Assembly: GCA_905215195.1 (NCBI GenBank)
Contig: CAJMPF010000001.1
Coordinates: 1-39,011, forward strand
Direction: 5' to 3'
Length of the DNA: 39,011 nt
Source: an uncultured bacterium
GTDB lineage: Bacteria > Actinomycetota > Coriobacteriia > Coriobacteriales > Coriobacteriaceae
Below, in pieces: positions 18,616 through 27,342 of this stretch. Below the pieces are notes generated by a model. It did not search any database. It saw only the letters and a program-made list of their open reading frames with translations, and was not told where the DNA came from. Position numbers and translations under genes: made by a program. Position 1 is the first letter of the stretch. Each line of letters starts with the position of its first letter.

Positions 18616-20310
18616 ATGGACGCTATCGTCAAATTCCTTGAAAAACACCAGCCTCTCTTCGACAAAATCTCGAGGAACATTTATCTGGTGGCGATTAAGG
18701 ATGGCTTTCTCTCGAATATGCCAATTGTGCTGTTCTCGAGCCTGTTCCTTCTTCTTTCGACGCTCCCTGCCTATGTAGGCATCACGCTTCCGTCTGAGGT
18801 GCTGGATTTCTTCAATAAAATCTATGCATATACCATGGGACTTCTTGGCATTATGGTGGCCGGCACCACGGCGAGCTCACTTGCCATGTCGATGAACCGT
18901 CGCATGCCTTCGGGTAAATCTCTCAACCCCACCTCGTGCATGGTTTGTGCCATGTGCGGCATGCTCTTGCTATCGGTGACGAACGATGTTGTCTCGATTG
19001 GCGGAGCAGATACATCTGTTTTTGAAACCGGCTATATGGGAACTAAGGGTTTTCTCGCTGCGTTCGTAGCCGCATTCTTGACCGTTAATATCTATAAGGT
19101 GTGCATTAGCCATAATGTGACGATCAAGCTTCCCAAAGAGGTCCCTGGCTCTATTGCGCAGAGTTTTCGCGATATCTTTGCATTTGGGTTTTCGATCCTT
19201 GCGTGCGCTTTTATCGATCTTGCGAGCCGCAAGCTGCTTGCTGTGCCGTTCGCCAATTTGGTATCCGCTCTCATCTCGCCGCTGTTCTCCGCGGTCGACA
19301 CCTATCCTGGCATGGCGCTTATCGAAGGCGCGGTCGCGCTTTTCCAATTTATGGGTATCCACGGTGCTTCGGTTGTCATGAGTCCGATCAATGCTGCGCT
19401 CTACGGCAATACCGTTACCAATCTTGAGGTTTTCCAAGCAGGTGGACACCCGTCAATTGCTCTCACGCAGGACTTTACAAGCTTCATCGGCGGTCTGGGC
19501 GGTTCTGGCTGCACGTTCATCGTTCCTATTATCCTGATCATGTTTATGCGCTCCAAGCAGCTTAAAGCCATGGGTAAGGCATCGATTATCCCGGTGATTT
19601 TTGGAGTTAACGAGCCCGTTATCTTCGGTATGCCGATTGTTCTCAATCCCTATATGTTCGTGCCCTTCCTAGTGGCTCCTATGGTCAACGCCATTATCGG
19701 TAAATTTTTCATTGACGTCATTGGAATGAACGCCCCCATGTATACCATGCCGTGGGCGCTTCCCGGCCCAATTGGTGCGTTCCTCACCACGGGTCTCGAT
19801 CTGCGTTCTCTCGTATTGATGGCAGTGCTGTTGGTCGTTGACTTTGTGATTTACTATCCGTTCTGCAAGGCGTATGACCATCAGCTTTGTTTGGAAGAGT
19901 CTGCAAAGGAGACTGCAGGAACCTCGGATGCAGATGCTATTGCCGCACAGGAAAATGTCGCAAAAGCTCTCGAGGCGGTAAAGGACAAGGCGGAGCAGAT
20001 CCGCGTGCTTGTGCTTTGCCAAGGTGCCGGCACTTCGACTCTCTTGGCAAATGCTCTTCGCGAAGGTGCCGCTGCTAAGGGTATCGATCTGGTTTCTCAG
20101 TCCGGTGCGTACGGAAGCCACTATGAGACGATGGATCAGTACAACGTGATTGTTCTGGCGCCCCAGGCACGCATGTACTATGACGCTATGAAGGCCGATA
20201 CCGATCGCCTTGGAATTAAACTGCTCACCACAAGGGGCAAGGAGTATATCGACCTTACCAACGATCCCGAAGGTGCAATTGACTGGATCGTTCAGGAGCT
20301 GGCCAAATAG
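18616..20310 (+). CDS. lacE: Lactose-class PTS EIICB, paralog 1 (divergent)
   Basis: YLVAIKDGF, KLPKEVP, GIHG, VNEP and IIB motif VLCQGAGTS; RBS AAAGGA. Confidence 0.9.
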   Translation: MDAIVKFLEKHQPLFDKISRNIYLVAIKDGFLSNMPIVLFSSLFLLLSTLPAYVGITLPSEVLDFFNKIYAYTMGLLGIMVAGTTASSLAMSMNRRMPSGKSLNPTSCMVCAMCGMLLLSVTNDVVSIGGADTSVFETGYMGTKGFLAAFVAAFLTVNIYKVCISHNVTIKLPKEVPGSIAQSFRDIFAFGFSILACAFIDLASRKLLAVPFANLVSALISPLFSAVDTYPGMALIEGAVALFQFMGIHGASVVMSPINAALYGNTVTNLEVFQAGGHPSIALTQDFTSFIGGLGGSGCTFIVPIILIMFMRSKQLKAMGKASIIPVIFGVNEPVIFGMPIVLNPYMFVPFLVAPMVNAIIGKFFIDVIGMNAPMYTMPWALPGPIGAFLTTGLDLRSLVLMAVLLVVDFVIYYPFCKAYDHQLCLEESAKETAGTSDADAIAAQENVAKALEAVKDKAEQIRVLVLCQGAGTSTLLANALREGAAAKGIDLVSQSGAYGSHYETMDQYNVIVLAPQARMYYDAMKADTDRLGIKLLTTRGKEYIDLTNDPEGAIDWIVQELAK

Positions 20311-20345
20311 TGGATGCACTTCGTCGTTGATTCGTCGGTGTATGG

Positions 20346-20383
20346 TACGGCCCCGCAGCTTATTGAGCTGCGGGGCCGTATTT
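20346..20383 (+). terminator. Rho-independent terminator
   Basis: TACGGCCCCGCAGCT-TATTG-AGCTGCGGGGCCGTA perfect stem followed by TTT. Confidence 0.8.
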
Positions 20384-20472
20384 CGTTGAGTATCTAATTG
20401 AGACAATGCGCGCAACCGTCGTGAGATCGCATTGGCGCTCTCCGAGTCACCGACAAACTGTCTTCCATCTAT

Positions 20473-20766
20473 GTGACCAATTCGCTTTCGGCCTTTAGCC
20501 TGCTCGAGGCGCGCGAGGATTGCGAGCTGTGCCCGGTGGGCGGCATGTACCGTCGCCGCACCGCCGCCTTTGTGGGCCCCATGGCCGAGGATACCCTGCG
20601 CGCACTAGGGATTGACACGGCGTTTATCGGTGCCAACGGCATTCTGGACGGTGACGTATCTACGTCCAATATGGACGAGGGCCGCATCCAGCAGCTCGCC
20701 TTTAGCAAGGCCGATACGCGCTACCTCATCGCCGACTCCAGCAAGATCGGCAGGCGATACTTCTGC
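20473..20766 (+). pseudogene. Internal fragment of a second copy of the DeoR regulator
   Basis: Near-identical protein to 15880-16173 (VTNSLS...DSSKIG); no HTH and no RBS; runs into unrelated sequence. Confidence 0.85.
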
Positions 20767-20850
20767 CCCCCCCGCCGGCGCAGGGGTACCGCTTTAAAAT
20801 GACGCGTAAATGACTTTGGGCAACAAGGATGAGGCTATTCTGGGATATGA

Positions 20851-22083
20851 CTAGACTCCGTATTTCGTCTTTATGTCCCTTGAGAATGAATCGTAGTCTT
20901 CATAGAGCCCCTCTCTGCTTTCATCCTCGGCGTGGTTTACACGTTCAAGGAGCTTATCCTTTGGAGCCTCTTTTGTTATTGCGGCCTCGCTATCGGGTAT
21001 TGTGGATTGCAAGAATAGTTCTAGAGCATGGACGTCTTTGAGTATGTAGCCCGTCGAACGACCCGCTCCTGTTTTTTCGATTGCGCTGCAACTAACAAGC
21101 TGACCGAGGGTTCGTTTAACGGTAACCTCGCTGATATCGGGGCAGTTGGATCGGATGTCGGATTTCTTAATGACGCCGGGTCTCTGTTGAAATAGAACAG
21201 CGATGCGCGCTTGCTTCGACATGGGACGAGCGCTTGATTCAATTAAGGTACGCTGCTCGAGCTGTCGGTAGGCGGCCAGGGTTGTTCCGAGCATGAAACG
21301 GATAAAGGGTACTTCGGTGTTTTGATTTTCATTCCATCCAGTGGAGCTTGCAGCGAGGGCGTTGTAGTAGAGCGCCTTGTTGTCTTCAATAAGTCGTTCG
21401 ATGCTGATGTAACGCGCAACGTCGTATCCAGTCTTTTCGAGTAGCAGCGTTGTAAGGAGCCGGCTCATCCTGCCATTGCCATCGTTGAAGGGATGAATGC
21501 TGACAAAATCGAAGATGAAGCGGAATGATATAAGGAGGGGGTCGCAAACTTGACGAGATAAGGCGTCGTTGAGGGACCGACAGGCTTCTTCGATAAGTCC
21601 GGGGGTTGCTAGGGCCGAAGGCGGCCTAAAGCGCACAAATCGATTGCCTTGATTGTCGATGGAGATGATTTCGTTATCGCTATCTTTCCAATGGCCCCCA
21701 TACGAGATTGCCGTGTGCGCCATGAGGTCACGATGCAACTGCAAAATGACCGATGGCGTTACGGGAATGGAATCGTGTTGCTCGTGAATAAGCGACAGCA
21801 CATCTCGGTATCCAGCGATTTCTTCCTCTGCGCGGGAGCTTGGCTTGGCGGAATACGCCATGATTGCTTTGAGTCTTTTTTGGGTGGTAACAATTCCTTC
21901 AAGTCCGTTGGAGGATTGGGTGCTTTGGATCTTAGCTTCCTCCATAAGTGACGATAGAAGTTCGGGTTTAACTTGACTCAGAGCAAGCTGTCGGCCTTTA
22001 TGCTCGCGTATCGAGAGGAGGAGGTTGGTGATTGGAGTTGCTTCGAGTTCCGCTGGGACTGTGGTGTAATCGAACTGGCGCAT
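20851..22083 (-). CDS. Class II Fic-family protein with C-terminal winged HTH and an extra tail
   Basis: Canonical HPFNDGNGRMSR; N-terminal inhibitory SxxxEG (SNGLEG); wHTH-like ISEVTVKRTL...IEKTGAGRSTGY; RBS AAGGAG. Confidence 0.92.
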   Translation of the reverse strand: MRQFDYTTVPAELEATPITNLLLSIREHKGRQLALSQVKPELLSSLMEEAKIQSTQSSNGLEGIVTTQKRLKAIMAYSAKPSSRAEEEIAGYRDVLSLIHEQHDSIPVTPSVILQLHRDLMAHTAISYGGHWKDSDNEIISIDNQGNRFVRFRPPSALATPGLIEEACRSLNDALSRQVCDPLLISFRFIFDFVSIHPFNDGNGRMSRLLTTLLLEKTGYDVARYISIERLIEDNKALYYNALAASSTGWNENQNTEVPFIRFMLGTTLAAYRQLEQRTLIESSARPMSKQARIAVLFQQRPGVIKKSDIRSNCPDISEVTVKRTLGQLVSCSAIEKTGAGRSTGYILKDVHALELFLQSTIPDSEAAITKEAPKDKLLERVNHAEDESREGLYEDYDSFSRDIKTKYGV

Positions 22084-22091
22084 GCGGCTCC

Positions 22092-22166
22092 TTTCGGTAT
22101 CACGAACATACTTTCGATATCATAATACCATTAAATGATACCGAAAGTATGTTCGTGATACCGAAA
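22092..22166 (-). promoter_or_regulatory. fic promoter inside a 32-bp inverted repeat with four TGATACCGAAA boxes
   Basis: Arms 22092-22123 and 22135-22166 differ at one position; the minus strand across the 11-bp loop reads TGGTATTAT (extended -10). Confidence 0.75.
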
Positions 22167-22218
22167 ACTAGAAACCATGCTTCATAACTGCTTGGAAAGT
22201 TCGGATTTGACTATCTTA

Positions 22219-22358
22219 TTGTCTTGATCTGTAACAGGTAGACGGTCGAAAGTGGGCTACGTGTTACAGATTGAGATTTTTTGACCGGACTCCTGTTTGT
22301 CTCGATCTGTAACATTTAAGACCGAAAATCCCAGTTAGATGTTACAGATCGAGACGAA
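22219..22358 (+). repeat. Palindromic repeat cluster 2 (two units: 22219-22276, 22296-22358)
   Basis: Same arms, 25-bp cores. Confidence 0.9.
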
Positions 22359-22448
22359 TGATCCGCTCGGGCCCACCAAAAACAAAAAGGCCGCATGCGA
22401 ACCCGTGGAGGATTTCACATGCGGCCGACAGGGGGTATGCGGCAAAAG

Positions 22449-23870
22449 TTAGGCCATGAGCAGGCCGGTCTCCGCGACGTTCTTGTACCAGTACGCGCTC
22501 GCCTTGGGATAGCGCTTCTGGGTCTCAAAGTCGATGTAGAACAGGCCATAGCGCTTGTTATAGCCGTTGGTCCAGGAGAACTGATCCTGCAGAGACCACA
22601 CAAAGTAGCCGTCGACGTTAACGCCGCCGTCGATCGCCTTGAGGATCCACGCGAGATGCTGACGCATGTAGTCGATGCGAGGGGCGTCATCGATAAAGCC
22701 GTCCTCGAAGTCGTCCTTATAGCCCATGCCGTTCTCGGTGATGTAGATCTTCTTGTAGTTGGGGTAATCGTTCTTAATGCGCAGCAGCAGATCGTAGAGG
22801 CCCTCGGGATAGATAATCCAGTCCCAATCGGTGGTGGGTACGCCTTCGCGCACGCATGACTCGCCCACGCCCTTGAGGAACCAGCGCGAGGAGCCCTTGT
22901 CGCCGGTGCCATTGTGGTTGATGTCGTTTTCGCCCTCGGCGGCACGCAGGAACTGGCACTTGTAGGTGTTGACGCCCAGGCAATCGTTGTAGGGGAGCGC
23001 GGCGGTCAGCGCGGCGATGTCCTCGTCGCGGACGTCGAGCTCGCCGCCGGCGATATGAGCCAGCTTGGTCGCAGCCTCCATGGTATCGGCTGCATAGTGG
23101 CCGCGGAAGGTGGCGTCGAGTACCCAGCGGTTGTTGATGACGTCGGCCATGCGAGCTGCCTCGCAGTCGGCGGCGTTGTTGGGGTCGAGGGGATACTTGG
23201 GCTCCAGGTTCTGGACAATGCCGATCTCGCCCTCAAAGCCGCCCTCATGGAAGGCGACGACAGCCTTGGCGTGGGCCACCATCATGTTGTGCATGAGCTG
23301 GAAGGCCTTGTCCAGGCGGTACTTCTCGCCGTGCGGCCAGTTGCCGACGATAAAGCTGCCCTCGGCGGTTGCGGGAATCTCGTTAAAGGTAAACCAGTGC
23401 TTGACCTCGGTGAACTCGGCAAAGCAGAACTTGGCGTACTCGACGAAGGCATCGATGGTCGTGCGCGTCAGGAATCCCTCGCCGCCGTCCTGGTAGAAGA
23501 CCTCGGGCGTATCGAAGTGATCGAGCGTGACATAGGGGATAACGCCAGCTTTGTTGCAGGTGGCGAAAAGCTCGTGATAGAAGGCGACGCCCTCGGGGTT
23601 AATCTCGCCAGTGCCGTTGGGGAAGATACGGCTCCAAGCGATGGAGACGCGAATACCGTTGATGCCGAAGCGCTGGCACAGGTCAATATCGACCGGGTAC
23701 TTGTTGTAGAAATCGCTTGCAGGATCGGGGGAGAAGCGACCCTGGGCTGCCAGGAAATCGTCCCAGGGCACTTTGCCCTTGCCGTGCGTACGGGTCTCGC
23801 CCTCAACCTGGTAAGCAGCGGTGGCGCCGCCAAACACAAAGCCGTCGGGGAACTGCATGGGGTTGGTCAT
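22449..23870 (-). CDS. lacG: GH1 6-phospho-beta-galactosidase, paralog 1
   Basis: GGATAAYQVEG, TFNE, ITENG, FSWTNGYNKRYG. Terminator hairpin at about 22385-22427. Confidence 0.92.
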   Translation of the reverse strand: MTNPMQFPDGFVFGGATAAYQVEGETRTHGKGKVPWDDFLAAQGRFSPDPASDFYNKYPVDIDLCQRFGINGIRVSIAWSRIFPNGTGEINPEGVAFYHELFATCNKAGVIPYVTLDHFDTPEVFYQDGGEGFLTRTTIDAFVEYAKFCFAEFTEVKHWFTFNEIPATAEGSFIVGNWPHGEKYRLDKAFQLMHNMMVAHAKAVVAFHEGGFEGEIGIVQNLEPKYPLDPNNAADCEAARMADVINNRWVLDATFRGHYAADTMEAATKLAHIAGGELDVRDEDIAALTAALPYNDCLGVNTYKCQFLRAAEGENDINHNGTGDKGSSRWFLKGVGESCVREGVPTTDWDWIIYPEGLYDLLLRIKNDYPNYKKIYITENGMGYKDDFEDGFIDDAPRIDYMRQHLAWILKAIDGGVNVDGYFVWSLQDQFSWTNGYNKRYGLFYIDFETQKRYPKASAYWYKNVAETGLLMA

Positions 23871-23945
23871 GAGTCATCCTTTCTGTGGGATACGAATAGG
23901 GAGAGGTGCCCGAACTGGGGATCCGGGCACCAACAGAGGGAGGAA

Positions 23946-25724
23946 CTAGTCGAGGTTCTCGCGGAGCCACTTGATGGCGCCAGCGGGGTCGCGAGTAAGG
24001 TCGATATATTCCTTACCGCGGGGAGCGAGCAGCTTAATGCCCAGGCGATCGGTGTCGGCCTTCATGTCGTTGTAGTAGCTACGGACCTGCGGGGCAAGCA
24101 CGATAACGTCGTACTGATCCATGATGGCAGTGTGCTGGCCATAAGCGCCTGCGGAGGAAGCGATGTTCTCTCCGGTCTGTGCGGCACCTTCCTTGATGGC
24201 GTTGGCGAGCATGGCAGAGGTGCCGGCGCCGGCGCACAGGACGAGGACCTTCAGACCATCGACATCCTTCTTGGCGGATGCATCGGCAGCGGTCTCGGGC
24301 TGATCGGCGACAGGCTTGCTGTCGGCGGCAGCGGCGGTCGGCTTGACGGAAGCGGCGGTCTGCTCGACAGCGGGCGCAGAGGTGCTGGCGGCGATGGTGG
24401 CAGCACCATCGGATTCGAGACCCAGCTCGGCGGCACGCTCGGCCTCCTGGTCGCAGAGCAGCTTATCGTATGCCTTCAAGAACGGCAGGTAGATGATGGC
24501 GTCCAGCAAGATGATGATCGCGACAAACACCAGGGCGATAAGCTGGAAGTTCGTGGTGATGAAGATGCCGATGGGGGCGGGGGTAGCCCAAGGCACCACG
24601 AAGGAGAAGCCGTTCATGCCCACGTTATCGATAAAGAACTTGGCAACACTCACGTTGACGCAGCCGGCGGCAACAAAGGGGATGAGCATGTAGGGGTTAA
24701 GGATCATCGGCGCGCCAAAGAGCAGCGGTTCGTTAACGGCGAAGGCAACGGGAACGATCGAGGCCTTACCGACGGCTTTGAGCTGCTTGGACTTCATAAA
24801 GAGAATCAGCAGAAGCGGCACGATGAACGTGGCGCCGGTGCCGCCGAACTCACCCACGAGCGACATGTTAAAGGTGAGGGAGTGTGCGGGGTGGCCGCCT
24901 GCCAGAAGAACCTGCAGGTTCTCGGCCTGGTTGGCAAGACGGATGGGGTCGATGCCCGGCTGGACGATCGAGGGGCCGTGGACGCCGATGAACCAGAAGA
25001 ACGCGGTGGCTGCCTGGATAAGGATAAGGCCAGGATAGGTTTCTGCAGCGGTAAAGAGCGGGGAAAGCAGTTTAATAAGCAGCTCAGAGAACGGAACGCC
25101 CATGAGGTTACGCACAACCACATCGATGATGCCGCAGATGATGACGGCGCCGCCAAAGGGGATGATGTCGCGGAAGTTCTGAGCGATGGCGCCCGGGACT
25201 TCCTTGGGCAGCTTAATGGTCAGATCGCGCGAGACGCAGAACTTATAGACCCAAACGGTAATGAACGCGGCGATATAGGCCGAGAACAGACCGCGCGTGC
25301 CCATGCTGGTGCAATCGAAGACCGAAAGCTCGGAGCCGTTGAACTTGGTGGTGAACTGCGTAACAGCGAGCAGCAGCATGCTGCACTGGGCGGCAACCAT
25401 GGTGGAGCCGTCGTTGAGCACCTTGCCGGCGGGCATGCGACGGTTCATGGAAGCCGTGAAGTTCTTGGCAGTGGTGCCGGCAACCATGATGCCCATGACG
25501 CCCATGGTGAAGTTGTACAGCTTGTTGCACCAGTCGATGAGCGGCTGGGGCAGCGTGATGCCAACTACGCCAGGAAGGGTGGCGATCAACAGAAAGATCG
25601 AAGAGGTAAGGACGATGGGCATGCACCCAAGGAATCCGTCCTTGATGGCCTGGAGGTAGATGTTCCTTGAGATCTTCTCAAAGAACGGTTGATGCTTCTC
25701 GAGCATCTTTACGATGGCGTCCAT
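23946..25724 (-). CDS. lacE: Lactose-class PTS EIICB, paralog 2
   Basis: GVHGPSIV, GGTGAT, VNEP, long Ala/Pro linker, VLCAGAGTS. Confidence 0.92.
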   Translation of the reverse strand: MDAIVKMLEKHQPFFEKISRNIYLQAIKDGFLGCMPIVLTSSIFLLIATLPGVVGITLPQPLIDWCNKLYNFTMGVMGIMVAGTTAKNFTASMNRRMPAGKVLNDGSTMVAAQCSMLLLAVTQFTTKFNGSELSVFDCTSMGTRGLFSAYIAAFITVWVYKFCVSRDLTIKLPKEVPGAIAQNFRDIIPFGGAVIICGIIDVVVRNLMGVPFSELLIKLLSPLFTAAETYPGLILIQAATAFFWFIGVHGPSIVQPGIDPIRLANQAENLQVLLAGGHPAHSLTFNMSLVGEFGGTGATFIVPLLLILFMKSKQLKAVGKASIVPVAFAVNEPLLFGAPMILNPYMLIPFVAAGCVNVSVAKFFIDNVGMNGFSFVVPWATPAPIGIFITTNFQLIALVFVAIIILLDAIIYLPFLKAYDKLLCDQEAERAAELGLESDGAATIAASTSAPAVEQTAASVKPTAAAADSKPVADQPETAADASAKKDVDGLKVLVLCAGAGTSAMLANAIKEGAAQTGENIASSAGAYGQHTAIMDQYDVIVLAPQVRSYYNDMKADTDRLGIKLLAPRGKEYIDLTRDPAGAIKWLRENLD

Positions 25725-25825
25725 AGAGCTCCTTTGCTACTTGATGCGCGATGCATGTGGATGGAACTGGTCGTCGATGGATGGTCAGGACTGCCCGGAA
25801 ACCTTCCTGCTTAAGGAAGGCATTG

Positions 25826-25870
25826 CGAAATGACAACGTTGTCATTTCGTTAATGACAACGTAAGACATT
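25826..25870. promoter_or_regulatory. LacI operators, module 1
   Basis: Perfect 24-bp palindrome CGAAATGACAACGTTGTCATTTCG (25826-25849) plus adjacent degenerate AATGACAACGTAAGACATT. Confidence 0.8.
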
Positions 25871-26008
25871 TTTGGAAGAGCAACAAGGATATACGGGTGA
25901 GCGGTCGATATTGTCCGGTAAACGGTTGATTTGTCAGTCAGGCAGGTAGTGTATGCTAGAACGAAAAAAACAAGCGATGCAAGACCGACTGGAGAAGTAG
26001 TGGCAACG

Positions 26009-27010
26009 ATGGACAAGAAAAATGTCTCAATGAATGATGTGGCAGTTGCCGCGGGTGTTTCTCTCAAGACGGTTTCGCGTGTGATCAACGAGCCCGGTAG
26101 CGTGCGAGAGTCGACACGCGATAAGGTCCATTCCGCAATGGAGGCGCTCGGGTTTCGAGCCAACTTTGCCGCGCGTTCACTCAAGTTGGGCCGTTACGGG
26201 TGCATCGGCGTGGTGATGTTCCACTTGTCGGGCGGTGCCGTGGACATGATTGACGGTATCGCCGATGCCGCCGAAGAACGCGGCTTTGCGCTCACGATGA
26301 TCAAAAAGCGGGCTGGGGAGAAGATGACCCTTGCCGAAGCGGCGCGTAGGATGTCGCAGCTTCCCGTCGACGGCATGATCTTCAACCTGCGTCAGATGGT
26401 CGATGACTTTGATACCTTTGAGGCGCCGAAAGACCTCAAGACGGTGATTATCACACCGATGGAACATCCTACCTGCTCTACCGTCAGTGACGATCAAGAG
26501 GGTGGTGCGCGCATGGCGTGCGAGTACTTCTTGAATCGCGGGCATAAAAACGTGTACTTCGTCTCTGGTAAGAAAGAGTCGCTGTCGAGCCAGTGCCGTA
26601 TGAAAGGTTGGCGTGCGGCGCTCGAGGCGCGTGGCATTGAGCCGCCCGAGCCTCTGCAAGGCGATTGGAATGCGGATAGTGGCTATGCCGCGGGCCTTGT
26701 GCTTGCCGAAAAGCCCGATTGCACGGCGGTCCTCGCTGCTAACGACTGCATGGCAAACGGCGTGATGATGGCTCTACGTGACAAAGGGCTCAGTGTGCCC
26801 GACGACGTGTCCGTGATCGGCTTCGACGATGAGCTCTACAAGACGATACCTAATTCGATTCTGACGTCGGTGAAGTTTCGCCACCGCGAGCTGGGCGTCC
26901 GTGCGCTTAACGAGGTCGTCGCAGGTCTGGAAGCCCCGAGCTCCAGAAGCCGTACGCTCGTCTCGGGCGTGTTGGTCGAGCGTTCCAGCGTAAAGGACCT
27001 GCGGGCGTAG
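26009..27010 (+). CDS. LacI family regulator 1
   Basis: MNDVAVAAGVSLKTVSRVIN HTH, FRANFAARSL hinge, VPDDVSVIGFDD; GTG at 26000 is an alternative start. Confidence 0.92.
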   Translation: MDKKNVSMNDVAVAAGVSLKTVSRVINEPGSVRESTRDKVHSAMEALGFRANFAARSLKLGRYGCIGVVMFHLSGGAVDMIDGIADAAEERGFALTMIKKRAGEKMTLAEAARRMSQLPVDGMIFNLRQMVDDFDTFEAPKDLKTVIITPMEHPTCSTVSDDQEGGARMACEYFLNRGHKNVYFVSGKKESLSSQCRMKGWRAALEARGIEPPEPLQGDWNADSGYAAGLVLAEKPDCTAVLAANDCMANGVMMALRDKGLSVPDDVSVIGFDDELYKTIPNSILTSVKFRHRELGVRALNEVVAGLEAPSSRSRTLVSGVLVERSSVKDLRA

Positions 27011-27024
27011 ACGTGCTCGGCCTG

Positions 27025-27247
27025 TTTGTCTTAATCTGTAACAGCTGGGACCCAAAAACTCGGCTAGATGTTACAGATCGAGATTTTTGGCCCGGCTTAT
27101 TCCGTTTGTCTCGATCTGTAACAACTAGACGGTCAAAAGTGGTCTACATGTTACAGATTGAGATTTTCGGCTTGGCCTGTGCGTTCATCTCGATCTGTAA
27201 CAGCTAGGACCGAAAAACTCGGCTAGATGTTACAGATTGAGATGAAC
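27025..27247 (+). repeat. Palindromic repeat cluster 3 (three units: 27025-27083, 27105-27163, 27183-27247)
   Basis: Same arms, cores in A-B-A order, ~80-bp period. Confidence 0.92.
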
Positions 27248-27270
27248 AGGAGGACGGGTGCGGTCTAAAC

Positions 27271-27310
27271 AAAATGGCCCGCGCATCACACATCGATGCA
27301 CGGGCCATTT
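27271..27310. terminator. Bidirectional terminator
   Basis: AAAATGGCCCGCGCATC-ACACATC-GATGCACGGGCCATTTT. Confidence 0.8.
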
Positions 27311-27342
27311 ATTGTCTGCAAGCGGCAGGTGGTGTCAGCGTC

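Noticed and set aside
20473..20802. Functional 109-aa stand-alone DeoR sensor protein
   Set aside because: No RBS, starts mid-domain, and the C-terminus is lost in a C-run; treated as a pseudogene fragment.
20851..22083. Fic toxin with a separate upstream antitoxin gene (class I)
   Set aside because: No small upstream ORF; the inhibitory SxxxEG motif is internal (class II).
22914..25670. 918-aa plus-strand ORF (also 27274-29133, 33886-35712, 11388-12917, 7175-8332, 14247-15407)
   Set aside because: Antisense shadows of well-supported genes, expected from high GC3 codon bias; no recognisable motifs.
25725..25830. LacT/BglG RAT antiterminator leader upstream of lacE
   Set aside because: No recognisable RAT sequence or antiterminator gene; LacI operators explain the regulation.
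27025..27247. CRISPR array
   Set aside because: The cores recur between clusters rather than being unique spacers, there are only 2-3 units per cluster, the arms alternate in orientation, and no cas genes are present.
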